From Sphingomonas sp. (GTDB lineage: Bacteria; Pseudomonadota; Alphaproteobacteria; Sphingomonadales; Sphingomonadaceae): a stretch of DNA of 64,000 nucleotides. Positions within the stretch are counted from its first letter, which is position 1. Every line of letters begins with the position of its first letter. The notes under the pieces were generated by a model, which was not told the DNA's origin, searched no databases, and was given only the letters and a program-made list of their open reading frames with translations. The position numbers and the translations under genes were made by a program. The DNA is taken from assembly GCA_019753375.1 (NCBI GenBank), contig JAIELC010000011.1, forward strand, positions 10,096 to 74,095, in the 5' to 3' direction. Positions 9,456 through 20,600 of the stretch are shown in pieces.

Positions 9456-10457
9456 ATGCGGTTCTTTTCAGACAATGCTGCGCCCGCCTGCCCGCAAGTG
9501 ATTGCGGCGATGACCGCCGCCAATATACTCGACTCTGCCTATGATGGTGATGCGTGGTCGGCGCAGCTGGATATGCGCTTGTCGGCATTGTTTGAAACGC
9601 CGGTGCGCGCGCTGTGGGTACCGTCGGGCACGGCTGCCAATTGCCTGGCGCTGGCCGCTCTGTGTCCCCCGCATGGTGCCATTATCTGCCACCGGGATGC
9701 GCACATCCAGAATGACGAAGCGGGCGCCCCCGAATTCTATACCCACGGCGCCAAATTGCTGCTGGCCGAAGGCGACGGCGCAAAGCTGACGCCGGAAACG
9801 ATCAGCGCGGTCCTCGCGGCCACGCGCAACGATGTCCACCAGGTGCAGCCCCATGCGATATCGATTACCAATGCGACCGAATATGGCCGCGTCTATACGC
9901 CCGCCGAGGTTGCCGCGATCGGCGATCTGTGCCGCGCGCGCGGGCTGGCGCTGCACATGGACGGCGCGCGCTTTGCCAATGCGGTCGCGCATATCGGCTG
10001 CAGCCCCGCCGATGTGACGTGGCGCGCGGGCGTTGATGCGCTGAGTTTCGGTTTCATCAAAAATGGCGGGATGACCGCCGAGCTGCTGATCTTTTTCCGC
10101 ACCGAACTGGCCGCAGCCACGCTGTATCGGCGCAAGCGGGCGGGACTGTTGCTGTCCAAGGGTCGGTATCTGGCAGCGCAGGTGTTGGCGATGCTGGACG
10201 ATGACATCTGGCTGGCCAATGCGCGCGCCGCCAATGCCGGGGCCGCCCTGCTTGCCAGGGCGGCGGGCGACCGGCTGATCCATCCGGTCGAAGCCAATGA
10301 AGTGTTCCTGAAGGTAACGCCGCAGGAAGCAGCGGCGCTGCGCGCGCAGGGCTTTGATTTTTACGATTGGGGGCCGGGCGAGGCGCGGCTGGTGACATCG
10401 TGGCACCACCGGGACGCTGATATTCGCCCGCTTGCTGACGCGATCGCCCGGTTGTGA
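9456..10457 (+). CDS. ltaE: Low-specificity L-threonine aldolase
   Basis: FFSDN, GTAAN, LHMDGARFAN, SFGFIKNG (PLP Lys). Confidence 0.9.
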   Translation: MRFFSDNAAPACPQVIAAMTAANILDSAYDGDAWSAQLDMRLSALFETPVRALWVPSGTAANCLALAALCPPHGAIICHRDAHIQNDEAGAPEFYTHGAKLLLAEGDGAKLTPETISAVLAATRNDVHQVQPHAISITNATEYGRVYTPAEVAAIGDLCRARGLALHMDGARFANAVAHIGCSPADVTWRAGVDALSFGFIKNGGMTAELLIFFRTELAAATLYRRKRAGLLLSKGRYLAAQVLAMLDDDIWLANARAANAGAALLARAAGDRLIHPVEANEVFLKVTPQEAAALRAQGFDFYDWGPGEARLVTSWHHRDADIRPLADAIARL

Positions 10458-11383
10458 CGATATCGGCCGACGCATCAGCGCCGGTCCAGTCGGCACGCGC
10501 CGCGATCCTTGTTCCCTTTGCCATTGTGACGCTGATCTGGGGATCAACCTGGATTGTCATCCGCGACCAGATCGGGCTGGTGCCGCCCAGCTGGTCGGTA
10601 TCCTATCGCTTCCTGGTCGCGGGCATTGCGTTGCTCGCTTATGCCGCGGTCAAGCGCGAACGGCTGCCGCACGACGCGCGCGGGCTGGCCTTTGCCGCGA
10701 TCCTTGGCGTGTTGCAGTTCACGCTCAACTTCAATTTTGTCTACCGGGCGGAAGCGCACATCACCTCGGGTCTGGTTGCGGTGGTGTTTGCCCTGTTGCT
10801 GGTGCCCAACGCCATTTTGGGGCGCATCTTCCTGGGTCAGCAGCTTGGGCGGCAATTGCTGGCCGGATCGGCGCTGGCGATTGGCGGAATCGCCCTGTTG
10901 TTCATCCATGAAGCGCGGGTAGCCCCGCTGGGCCCGCGCGAAGCCCTGCTGGGATGTGGGTTGACGTTGTGTGGCGTGATGGCCGCATCGATCGCCAATA
11001 TCATGCAGGGTACCCAGACCGCGCGCGCCTATCCGATGTCGTCGACGCTGGGCGTCGCGATGCTGATCGGGGCCAGCGTCGATGCCGGCTTTGCCTGGAT
11101 CACCAGCGGCCCGCCGGTGATCGAAATGCGCGCAGGGTATCTGCTTGGCATTGCCTATCTGGGGATCATGGCATCGGCGGTCACGTTTACGCTGTATTTT
11201 GGCATTTTGCGGGTCATCGGCGCCGCCAAGGCCGCCTATTCGAGCGTCATCATCCCGGTGATCGCCATGCTGCTGTCAACGGTATTCGAAGGCTATCGCT
11301 GGTCGCCGCTGGCGATGATGGGCGCAGGGCTGGCGATGGCCGGGCTGGTTATTGCGCTCAGGGCGCGCAGGCCGACGCGGTAG
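10454..11383 (+). CDS. EamA/DMT family transporter
   Basis: IWGSTW motif, 10 TM segments, GTGA overlap with upstream gene. Confidence 0.9.
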   Translation: MTISADASAPVQSARAAILVPFAIVTLIWGSTWIVIRDQIGLVPPSWSVSYRFLVAGIALLAYAAVKRERLPHDARGLAFAAILGVLQFTLNFNFVYRAEAHITSGLVAVVFALLLVPNAILGRIFLGQQLGRQLLAGSALAIGGIALLFIHEARVAPLGPREALLGCGLTLCGVMAASIANIMQGTQTARAYPMSSTLGVAMLIGASVDAGFAWITSGPPVIEMRAGYLLGIAYLGIMASAVTFTLYFGILRVIGAAKAAYSSVIIPVIAMLLSTVFEGYRWSPLAMMGAGLAMAGLVIALRARRPTR

Positions 11384-12132
11384 TCGGGATAGGCCGGCCG
11401 CCAGCCCAATAGCCGCTTTGCCTTGCCATTGGCGACCCGGCGATTTTCGGCGTAAAAGCCACGCGCCATCGGGGACAGCGTTTCGATCCCGACCAGCGGC
11501 GGTGGTTCGCAGCCCAGCAGGCGGGCCGCAAAATCAACCACGTCATTCTGGCTGCACGGATCATCATCCGCCAGATTATACGCCCCCGCCGAGGCATCGA
11601 ACGCGGCGATCACGCCCGCAACAATGTCATCGACATGCACCCGGCTGAACACCTGACCCGCCAGATTGACGCGGTGCGCCTGCCCGCTCGCCACCCGGTC
11701 AAGCGCCGAACGGCCGGGGCCGTAAATGCCCGGCAGGCGAAACACCCGCGCGCCGCGCGCCAGCCATGCGGCATCGGCCGCGTTGCGCGCGCCGCGCCTG
11801 CCGCCATTGGCGGCCATGCTTTCATCGACCCAGCTACCGGCGGCATCGCCGTAGACGCCGGTTGATGACAGATAGCCGGTCCAGGCGGACGATCCGACAA
11901 GCGCGGCGCCATAGGCCGTCAGCACCGGGTCGCCCGCGTCACCGGGCGGGATCGACGACAGGATATGGGTGGCCTGGCCGATGGCGGCACCAACCCGCGC
12001 GGCATCATCAAAGGCGATGCTGCCCGCGCGTCCATCGCGACTGGTGCCGCAAACCTGCCAGCCTTCGCCTTGCAGCCGGGCCGCCAGTCTTGCGGCGGTA
12101 TAGCCAAGTCCGAAGATCAGCAGATTGGGCAT
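11293..12132 (-). CDS. Atypical SDR / NAD-dependent epimerase-dehydratase family protein
   Basis: FGLGY, YLSSTGVYGD, RLPGIYGPGR, SRVHVDD. Confidence 0.88.
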   Translation of the reverse strand: MPNLLIFGLGYTAARLAARLQGEGWQVCGTSRDGRAGSIAFDDAARVGAAIGQATHILSSIPPGDAGDPVLTAYGAALVGSSAWTGYLSSTGVYGDAAGSWVDESMAANGGRRGARNAADAAWLARGARVFRLPGIYGPGRSALDRVASGQAHRVNLAGQVFSRVHVDDIVAGVIAAFDASAGAYNLADDDPCSQNDVVDFAARLLGCEPPPLVGIETLSPMARGFYAENRRVANGKAKRLLGWRPAYPDYRVGLRALSAITSPAIASPAPIIASGDQR

Positions 12133-12138
12133 GGCCGG

Positions 12139-13842
12139 CTATTGGGCCCCCAGGCCGTGATACAGCGTGCCGAAAAAGTCGCCCTTGTTCCAGCGGGGCC
12201 GATCGGGGGCATCGGCGATGGCGCGCGATATCCGGTAATTGGCGTCCACAAAGCGAACGCCCTGCGACCAGTCGATCGGCAGGCTGAGATCATCCGATGG
12301 CCGGTGATAATGGCGCGCCAGAAAATCTTCGGTCGCCGCCTTGCCCGGCCCCATTTGCCCGGGCCACAGAAAAACCGCGGGCACACCCTGCTGGACGAAG
12401 CGGTAATGATCGGACCGCACGAAAATGGCTTCATCGGGGATCGGATCGGGGGACACCACCAGCCCCATGCCGGCAACCGCGCGGCGCACGATGGGGCCAA
12501 GCGTCGACCGGTCCGCGCCAAAAGCAATCACGTCTTCGAACGGATAGGTCAGGATCGGCATGTCAAGATCGACATTGGCGACGATATGATCGCGCGGGAC
12601 GGTGGGATTTCGCGCATAGAAATCCGATCCGACCAGACCTTTTTCCTCGGCGGTCACCGCCAGGAACATGATGGTGCGCCTGGGCGGGGTGCCCGATGCG
12701 GCAAAGCGCTTTGCTTCCTCGATCAGCGAGGCAATGCCGACCGCATTATCCTCTGCGCCATTGTTGATCTGATCCCCGGTGGTGCCTTTGCCCACCCCGA
12801 TATGATCGAGATGCGCCGACAGGACGACGATTTCCTTGCCCACCACCGGATCGCTGCCGGGGATGACGCCGATGATATTGCTGCTGCTGGTCGCCACGAA
12901 ACTGGTGCGGGTGACCGCCTTCAGCGTGACGGCCAGCGGTTTGGCCCGGAACACCGCATTATCGTCGGCGGAACGGCGCGCGATCTTTGCCCAGGTCTGG
13001 CCGGTGCCCGCAAATAATTTCGCGGCGCCCGCCAGGCTGAACGTGGCGAGCACCGGCGCACTGTCGAGCGCGGGTGCGCCTGTCCCGTCGCTGGTTTCCC
13101 ACGTCGTGCGCTCGCGCGCTGCGCCGGCTTTTGCCAGTGCAAAGCTGAACGTGCCGCGCGCCGGGCGCGCCATCGATTCGAGCTGGATGACGCCGACCGC
13201 GCCGTGCTGGGCCGCGGTGGCGGCTTTGGTCGCGGGGTTCAGGAAATGCGCGCGCACCTCGCTGTTAAAGCCTTTGGGCGCGCCGCCGAAAAAAGCGACA
13301 ATCTTGCCGCGGACATCAACCCCGGCATAATCGTTGCGTCCATAGTCGGGCGCGACAATGCCGTGGCCGACAAACACGATCGGGGCGTCAACGCGGGTCT
13401 CTTTGGCCGCCGGGTTGGCCGACGGGACATAGTCGACGCCGTAGTCAAGCGCGACCGCGGGCTTGCCCGGCGCCGTCAGGGCAAAGCTGCCATTATCCGC
13501 CGGCTTATAGGCAACCAGCGGCACGCGCTGCAGATAGCCGCCATCATCGCCGGCCGGCTTGAGCCCGGCGGCATAGAATTGCGCGGCGACATATTGCGCG
13601 GCGATGGCATATTCCGGGCTCGACGCGTCGCGCCCTTTAAGCGCATCGGCCGCCAGAAACATCACATGCGCCTTCATCGCGGCCTGATCAGCGGGCAGCG
13701 GCGCGGTGACGATCGCGTTGATCTCCGCGGGCGACAGAACGGCGCCAGTGGGGGCCGGATCGGCCGCGCGCGCCAGCCCCGGCGCGGTCGCAAGCATCAG
13801 CGCGGCAGCCGTGGTCAGCGCCCTGTTTCGATGGGATAGCAT
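12139..13842 (-). CDS. Secreted M28 family metallopeptidase with PA domain
   Basis: Signal peptide; SAHLDH, GAEDNA, AEEKGL, RSDH, YHRPSD. Confidence 0.92.
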   Translation of the reverse strand: MLSHRNRALTTAAALMLATAPGLARAADPAPTGAVLSPAEINAIVTAPLPADQAAMKAHVMFLAADALKGRDASSPEYAIAAQYVAAQFYAAGLKPAGDDGGYLQRVPLVAYKPADNGSFALTAPGKPAVALDYGVDYVPSANPAAKETRVDAPIVFVGHGIVAPDYGRNDYAGVDVRGKIVAFFGGAPKGFNSEVRAHFLNPATKAATAAQHGAVGVIQLESMARPARGTFSFALAKAGAARERTTWETSDGTGAPALDSAPVLATFSLAGAAKLFAGTGQTWAKIARRSADDNAVFRAKPLAVTLKAVTRTSFVATSSSNIIGVIPGSDPVVGKEIVVLSAHLDHIGVGKGTTGDQINNGAEDNAVGIASLIEEAKRFAASGTPPRRTIMFLAVTAEEKGLVGSDFYARNPTVPRDHIVANVDLDMPILTYPFEDVIAFGADRSTLGPIVRRAVAGMGLVVSPDPIPDEAIFVRSDHYRFVQQGVPAVFLWPGQMGPGKAATEDFLARHYHRPSDDLSLPIDWSQGVRFVDANYRISRAIADAPDRPRWNKGDFFGTLYHGLGAQ

Positions 13843-13953
13843 TGCAGCTCCTTTAGTCAGCCTGGCTGCTGGCCTAGCATCCGCATCGGCTTGTGCAAGC
13901 AGCGGTGTGCGATTTCAGTGGCACACCGCAAGCGGGACTCCTATTTGGCGCTG

Positions 13954-16554
13954 ATGATCGATTTGACCAGCTCGCTCGCCCGTCCGCCCGTTACCTGGCG
14001 CAACGCGTATCAGCCGCCCGAATGGCTGGTGCCTGACATCGCGCTTTCTTTCGAGCTGGGCGCCGACAAGACCCGCGTCCGCGCGGTGCTCGATGTGGTC
14101 CGCAACGCAGCCGATTCGCCGGCGATCCGCCTCGACGGCGCGGGGCAGCGGCCGGTGACGGTCAAGGTCGATGGCGTCGATCCCGGCACCTGGTCGTTCG
14201 AAGGCGACACGCTGGTCGTGCCGCTGACCGGAGACCGCCACCGGATCGAAACCGAACTGGACATTGCGCCCGAACGCAACACCCAGTTGATGGGGCTATA
14301 CGCGTCGGGCGGCTTGCTGTGCACCCAGTGCGAAGCCGAAGGGTTTCGGCGGATTACCTATTTCCCCGACCGGCCCGACATTTTGTCGCGCTACAAAGTC
14401 CACATGACGGCCGACAAGGCGCGCTATCCGGTGTTGCTGGCCAATGGCGATCCGGTGGCAGCGGGCGATCTGGCGGACGGGCGCCACTGGGCCGAATGGC
14501 ATGATCCGTTCCCCAAACCGAGCTATTTGTTTGCGATGGTTGCCGGCGATCTGGTCGCCAACCGCGCGACCTTTACGACGATGCACGGACGCCAGGTCGA
14601 GCTGGCCATCTGGGTGCGCGCGGCTGATCTTGCCAAGACCGACCACGCCCTGCACGCCCTGCAAACCGCGATGAAGTGGGACGAGGATGTCTATGGTCGC
14701 GAATATGACCTGGATGTTTTCAACATCGTGGCGGTCGACGATTTCAACTTTGGTGCCATGGAGAATAAGGGGCTGAATGTCTTTAACAGCCGCTATATCC
14801 TGGCGGACGCCGATACCGCGACCGATTACGACTATGATGCGATCGCCGCGGTGGTGGCGCATGAATATTTCCACAATTGGTCGGGCAACCGGGTGACCTG
14901 CCGTGACTGGTTCCAGCTGTCGCTGAAGGAAGGCTTTACCGTCTTTCGCGACCAGAGCTTTTCCGCCGATCAGGGATCGGCCGCGGTCAAACGGATCGAG
15001 GATGTTCGCGCCTTGCGCGCCGCCCAGTTTCCCGAAGATGCAGGGCCACTCGCCCATCCGGTGCGCCCCGAAAGCTATCTGGAAATCGCCAATTTCTACA
15101 CCGCAACCATCTATAACAAGGGCGCCGAAGTCATCCGGATGCTGGCGACGATCCTGGGTCCTGAAAAATTTCGCGCGGCAACCGATCTGTATTTCGACCG
15201 GTTCGACGGCACAGCGGCGACCTGCGAAGACTTTGTCGCGTGCATGGAGGAAGCCAGCGGCATCGACCTGGGCCAATTCCGGCTTTGGTACAGCCAGGCG
15301 GGAACCCCGCGCGTTTCTGCCGCGCTGTCGCATGATGCGGCCGGCCGGACGGTGACCGTGACAATCGCGCAGTCAGTGCCGCCAACACCCGGTCAACCCG
15401 AAAAAGCCGCCATGCTGCTGCCGCTGCGGATCAAGCTGTTCGGGGCCGATAGCGGCAAGCCACTGTGCGACGAACAGTTGCTGCTCGCCGATCAGGCCAG
15501 CCAGCAATTGACCATCGCCGACATCGCCGAAGCACCAATATTGTCGATCAATCGCCAGTTTTCTGCCCCGGTGATCGTCGAAAGCGACCGGAGCGCGGCA
15601 CAGCTGGCTTTTCTGTCGGCGCATGATGACGACCCCTTTGCCCGGTATGAAGCGATGCAGCAGCTGATGCTCGACACGCTGGTGGCCGGGGTTCGGCATG
15701 GTCGCGCCGACCACGCACCGGTGATCGACGCGATTGCCAACACGCTTGATGATCCGGCGCTCGACCCGTCGTTCATCGCCGAGGCCGTCTTGTTACCGTC
15801 GGAAAGTTTTATCGGCGATCAGATGGAGGTCGTTGACCCGGAAGCAATATTCCGTGCCCGTGAAGCGTTGCGCAAGGATATCGGGCGGGCGCTCGAGCCG
15901 CGCTGGAGATCGGCCTATGATCAGGGCAAGGGTGCCGGTCCGTATCGCTATGATCCCGCCGCCAAGGGCTTGCGCCGGCTGAAAGGCGTGGCGCTGGGCT
16001 ATATCGCCGCCAGCGGCGCCGGCGATGCGTATGAACTTGCGTTCCAGCAATTCGAAGCGGCGGACAATATGACCGACCGCCAGGGCGCGTTGACGACGCT
16101 CGTCAACAGCAATTCAAACACGCGGGTCGCCGCGCTCGATATTTTTTATCACCGCTATTCGGACAACCAGCTGGTCCTCGACAAATGGTTTTCGACCCAG
16201 GCCCTGTCCAATCGCAACGACACAGCCGATATTGTGCTGGACCTGTCGCACCACCGCGATTTTTCGCTCGCCAATCCCAATCGCGCGCGCGCGCTGGTCG
16301 GCGCGTTCAGCGTCAATCAACGCGCCTTCCATGCGCTGGATGGGCGCGGGTACCGCTTTGTGGCGGACCAGCTGATCGCGCTCGACAAGCTCAACCCGCA
16401 GACCGCCGCCAAACTGATTCCGCCGCTTGGCCGCTGGAAACGATTTGGCCCGGACCGGGCAACGTTGATGCGTGCCGAACTCGACCGCATCCTGAAGACG
16501 CCCGGCCTGTCCAAAGACATGTTCGAACAGGCGTCGCGCAGCCTGGACGGGTAA
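13954..16554 (+). CDS. pepN: Aminopeptidase N
   Basis: TQCEAEGFR, GAMEN, HEYFH-x18-E; start placed at ATG 13954. Confidence 0.96.
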   Translation: MIDLTSSLARPPVTWRNAYQPPEWLVPDIALSFELGADKTRVRAVLDVVRNAADSPAIRLDGAGQRPVTVKVDGVDPGTWSFEGDTLVVPLTGDRHRIETELDIAPERNTQLMGLYASGGLLCTQCEAEGFRRITYFPDRPDILSRYKVHMTADKARYPVLLANGDPVAAGDLADGRHWAEWHDPFPKPSYLFAMVAGDLVANRATFTTMHGRQVELAIWVRAADLAKTDHALHALQTAMKWDEDVYGREYDLDVFNIVAVDDFNFGAMENKGLNVFNSRYILADADTATDYDYDAIAAVVAHEYFHNWSGNRVTCRDWFQLSLKEGFTVFRDQSFSADQGSAAVKRIEDVRALRAAQFPEDAGPLAHPVRPESYLEIANFYTATIYNKGAEVIRMLATILGPEKFRAATDLYFDRFDGTAATCEDFVACMEEASGIDLGQFRLWYSQAGTPRVSAALSHDAAGRTVTVTIAQSVPPTPGQPEKAAMLLPLRIKLFGADSGKPLCDEQLLLADQASQQLTIADIAEAPILSINRQFSAPVIVESDRSAAQLAFLSAHDDDPFARYEAMQQLMLDTLVAGVRHGRADHAPVIDAIANTLDDPALDPSFIAEAVLLPSESFIGDQMEVVDPEAIFRAREALRKDIGRALEPRWRSAYDQGKGAGPYRYDPAAKGLRRLKGVALGYIAASGAGDAYELAFQQFEAADNMTDRQGALTTLVNSNSNTRVAALDIFYHRYSDNQLVLDKWFSTQALSNRNDTADIVLDLSHHRDFSLANPNRARALVGAFSVNQRAFHALDGRGYRFVADQLIALDKLNPQTAAKLIPPLGRWKRFGPDRATLMRAELDRILKTPGLSKDMFEQASRSLDG

Positions 16555-16569
16555 AGTTTGCCCCAGCCG

Positions 16570-16941
16570 CTAGAAAAGCCGGCCGCCATCGGGAACGCGA
16601 TGCGACGGGCGGACCAGCACGACCTTGCCGTCGGCATCGGGAAAGCCGAGCGTCAGGACTTCCGACATGAACGGGCCGATCTGGCGCGGCGGGAAATTGA
16701 CGACCGCTGCGACTTGCGTGCCGGGTAAATCTTCCGGCCGATAATGTTCGGTGATCTGAGCCGAGCTTTTCTTGCGGCCGATCACCGGCCCGAAATCGAT
16801 CAACAGACGATAGGCGGGCTTGCGCGCCTCGGGAAACAGATCCGCCGAAATGATCGTGCCGATGCGCACATCAACGGCCAGAAAATCATCAAACCCGATA
16901 CGCCGGGCCGGTGCCGCCAACGGGTCGGGTTGCGCATGCAT
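16570..16941 (-). CDS. csaA: CsaA-like tRNA-binding/secretion chaperone
   Basis: KKSSAQIT, VVNFPPRQIG, SEVLTLG. Confidence 0.9.
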   Translation of the reverse strand: MHAQPDPLAAPARRIGFDDFLAVDVRIGTIISADLFPEARKPAYRLLIDFGPVIGRKKSSAQITEHYRPEDLPGTQVAAVVNFPPRQIGPFMSEVLTLGFPDADGKVVLVRPSHRVPDGGRLF

Positions 16942-17618
16942 CAGTAATCGAAATCCACATCATCATAATGCGCCGGGGGCGAAATGCTTTCCATCCGTTC
17001 GGACAAAAGCGGCCGAAAGCTGGGGCGGCTTTTGAAGCCGCGATACCAGCGGGCGCTTTGTTCATGCCCCTTCCAGTCGATCCCGCCCAGATAATCAGCA
17101 ACCGAAATCTGCGCGGCGGCGGCCAGATCGGCGAGCCCCATGGTGGCGCCGCCGATCCAGGTGCGGTGATCGAGCAGATAGTCGATATAATCGAGATGAC
17201 CGACCGCCGCCTTCATGGCTTCGCGCAGCAATTTGGCGTCGGGCGCGGCGCGGTCCACCAGCCGTTTGATCATGCGTTCGTGCAGCAGCGGCGCGGTGAT
17301 ATCGCGGTAGAAATGATTGTCGAACCACGCGACCAGCCGCCGTGTTTCGGCGCGATTGGCAGCGGTACCATTGATCATCGCCGCCTTGTCGACGGTCTCT
17401 TCAAAATATTCGCAAATTGCCGTTGAATCGATCAGCAACAGCGCTTTTTCCGGGTCCGCCATCACGGGCGTTTGCACCGCCGGGTTCATGTCGACGAACT
17501 CATCGCGCCGGAGCCAGGGCGATTCGCGCACCAGATCATAGCCGATGCCTTTTTCGCCCAGCAGCAGGCGGACCTTGCGCGAAAACGGACAGAGCGGAAA
17601 TTGATAGAGTTGCCACAT
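16941..17618 (-). CDS. fzlA: GST-family protein, FtsZ-binding FzlA type
   Basis: LCPFSRKVR N-terminus, KSRPSFRPLL, C-terminal PPAHYDDVDF. Confidence 0.75.
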   Translation of the reverse strand: MWQLYQFPLCPFSRKVRLLLGEKGIGYDLVRESPWLRRDEFVDMNPAVQTPVMADPEKALLLIDSTAICEYFEETVDKAAMINGTAANRAETRRLVAWFDNHFYRDITAPLLHERMIKRLVDRAAPDAKLLREAMKAAVGHLDYIDYLLDHRTWIGGATMGLADLAAAAQISVADYLGGIDWKGHEQSARWYRGFKSRPSFRPLLSERMESISPPAHYDDVDFDY

Positions 17619-17679
17619 GCCGCCAACCTTTACCCGTCCGCGATCCCGGGTAAAGCGCCCAGCCCATGGCAGGGATCAA

Positions 17680-20600
17680 TTATTCCGCCGCAACCGCGCT
17701 TTCCTGATCATCGAGCGGATAGGCGAGCCGCCCCAGCATTTCCTTGGGTACCACCTGCCAGAAATGCTGCGCCACGCGATCCCATTCGTCGAGCAGCGTG
17801 CCCGACCATTTGCTGTCGGTTGCATCGTGATGCGCCCGTACCAGCCCGAGCAGTACCGATTCCCAGTGCCGCGACGCCAGCCGTTGCCAGACAATGGTTT
17901 CCGGGTTGGCGCGGCGCGCAAAACTGCCGTCGCGATCATAGACAAAGGCCATCCCGCCCGACATGCCCGCGCCGAAATTCTGCCCCACCGGGCCGAGCAC
18001 CACCGCCGTCCCGCCGGTCATATATTCGCAGCCATTGGCGCCGCAGCCTTCGACCACGACATTGGCCCCCGAATTGCGGACCGCGAACCGCTCGCCCGCC
18101 TGCCCGGCCGCATACAGGCTGCCCGAGGTCGCGCCGTACAGCACCGTGTTGCCGATGATCGTATTTTCGTTCGACACCAGCGGCGAACTGACCACCGGGC
18201 GGACCGCGATGATCCCGCCCGACAGCCCCTTGCCGACATAGTCATTGGCGTCGCCAAAAACTTCGAGCGTCACGCCTTTGCACAGGAATGCCCCCAGCGA
18301 TTGCCCGGCCGAACCGCGCAACCGCACATGGACATGGCCATCGGCCAGCTTTGACATGCCGATCGTGCGCGTAATCTCACTCGACAAGCGGGTACCGACC
18401 GCGCGGTGGGTATTGCGCACCGAATAGGTCAGCTGCATTTTTTCCCCGCGCGAAAAAACCGCCGCCGCGTCGCGGATCATTTGCGCGTCGAGACTGTCGG
18501 GTACTTCATTGCGCCAGGTCGTCAGGCTGAAGCGCCGCTGATCATCATCGGCATCGACCTTGGCCAGAATGGGGTTGAGATCGAGATCATCGAGATGTTC
18601 GGCGCCGCGGCTTACCTGCCGCAACAATTCGGTCCGTCCAATCACCTCGTCCAGGCTGCGCACCCCCAGCCGGGCCAGAATGTCGCGCACTTCTTCGGCA
18701 ATGAAGGTCATCAGGTTGATGACCTTTTCGGGGCTGCCGCTGAATTTTTCGCGCAGTTTTTCGTCCTGTGTGCAGACCCCGACCGGGCAGGTATTCGAAT
18801 GGCATTGCCGCACCATGATGCACCCCATCGCCACCAGGCTGAGCGTGCCGATGCCAAATTCCTCTGCCCCCAGAATGGCGGCAATCACGATATCGCGGCC
18901 AGTCTTTAACCCGCCATCGGTGCGCAGCCTTACCCGCCCGCGCAGCCCGTTCAGCGTCAGCGTCTGATTGACTTCGCTCAGCCCCATTTCCCACGGGGTG
19001 CCGGCATATTTGATGCTGGTCTGGGGTGACGCGCCCGTTCCGCCGACATGGCCCGCCACCAGAATGACGTCGGCATGCGCCTTGGCCACGCCGGCCGCCA
19101 CGGTACCGATGCCCGCCGAACTGACCAGTTTGACGCAGACGCGTGCGCGCGGATTAATCTGCTTCAGATCATAGATCAGCTGCGCCAGATCTTCGATCGA
19201 ATAGATATCATGGTGCGGCGGCGGCGAAATCAGCGAGACGCCGGGGGTTGCGTGGCGCAGCCTGGCGATGAATTCGGTGACCTTGAAGCCCGGCAACTGA
19301 CCGCCTTCGCCGGGTTTGGCGCCCTGCGCGACCTTGATCTCGATTTCATCGCAGGCGTTCAGATATTCCGCGGTCACGCCGAACCGGCCCGACGCGATCT
19401 GCTTGATCACCGAATTGGCGTTGTCGCCATTATCATAGGGTTGATAGCGCGCCGAATCCTCGCCGCCTTCGCCCGACACCGCCTTGGCGCCGATCCGGTT
19501 CATTGCGATCGCCAGTGTTTCATGCGCTTCGGGGCTGAGCGCGCCCAGCGACATGCCCGGGGTCACGAAGCGCTTGCGGATCTCGGTAATCGCCTCGACC
19601 TGCTCGACCGGCACGCCGTCGCGCGGATAATTGAACTGGAGCAGATCGCGCAGATAGACCGGCGGCAAATCCGCGACGCCGCGCGAAAACTGGAGATAGG
19701 TCGAATAGCTGTCGGTCGCGACGGCGGTTTGCAGCAAATGCATCAGCGGCGCCGAATAGGCGTGTGCCTCCCCCGTTGCGCGCTGGCGATAAAATCCGCC
19801 AATGGGCAGCGTCGCGACGCTGGCATCGAACGCTGCTTCGTGGCGTTCGGTGGCGTTGACATAAAGCGATGCATAGCCCTCGCCCGAAATCTTGGCGGGC
19901 ATTCCGGGAAACAGATCATTGACCAGCGCGCGGCTCAGCCCGACCGCTTCGAAATTATAGCCGCCGCGATAGCTGGAGATGACCGCGATCCCCATCTTCG
20001 ACATGATCTTGAGCAGACCTTCGTTGATCGCGGTCTTGTGCCGCGCGAGGCATTGATCAAGCGACTGATCGCCAAACAGGCCGCGCGCATGCCGGTCCGC
20101 AATGGCGGCTTCGGCCAGATAGGCGTTGACCGTGGTTGCGCCGACCCCGATCAGCACGGCATAATAATGCGTGTCGAGGCATTCGGCAGTGCGCACGTTG
20201 ACGCTGGCATAGGACCGCAGGCCGCGACGCACCAGATGGGTGTGGACCGCCGCGGCGGCCAGCACGCCGGCGATGCCGACCCGGTCCGGGCCAATGGTTT
20301 CGTCGGTCAGGAATAATTCGGTGCAGCCTTCGCGGACCGCCTGTTCGGCCTGTTCGCGAATGTGCTGGATCGCCGCGCGCAGCGATTCCGGGCCGCCGCC
20401 GGGCGCAAAGGTGCAATCAATCTCGGCAACCTGCGCGCCGAAATGGGCCTTGAGCCGCAACCAGTCAGCCGTGGTCAGCACGGGTGAATCGAGCACCAGC
20501 ACGCCGCCGCGCTCGCCGTCGGTGTCGAGAATATTGGCCAGGTTGGAAAAGCGCGTCTTCAGGCTCATCACATGGCGTTCGCGCAGCGGATCGATCGGCG

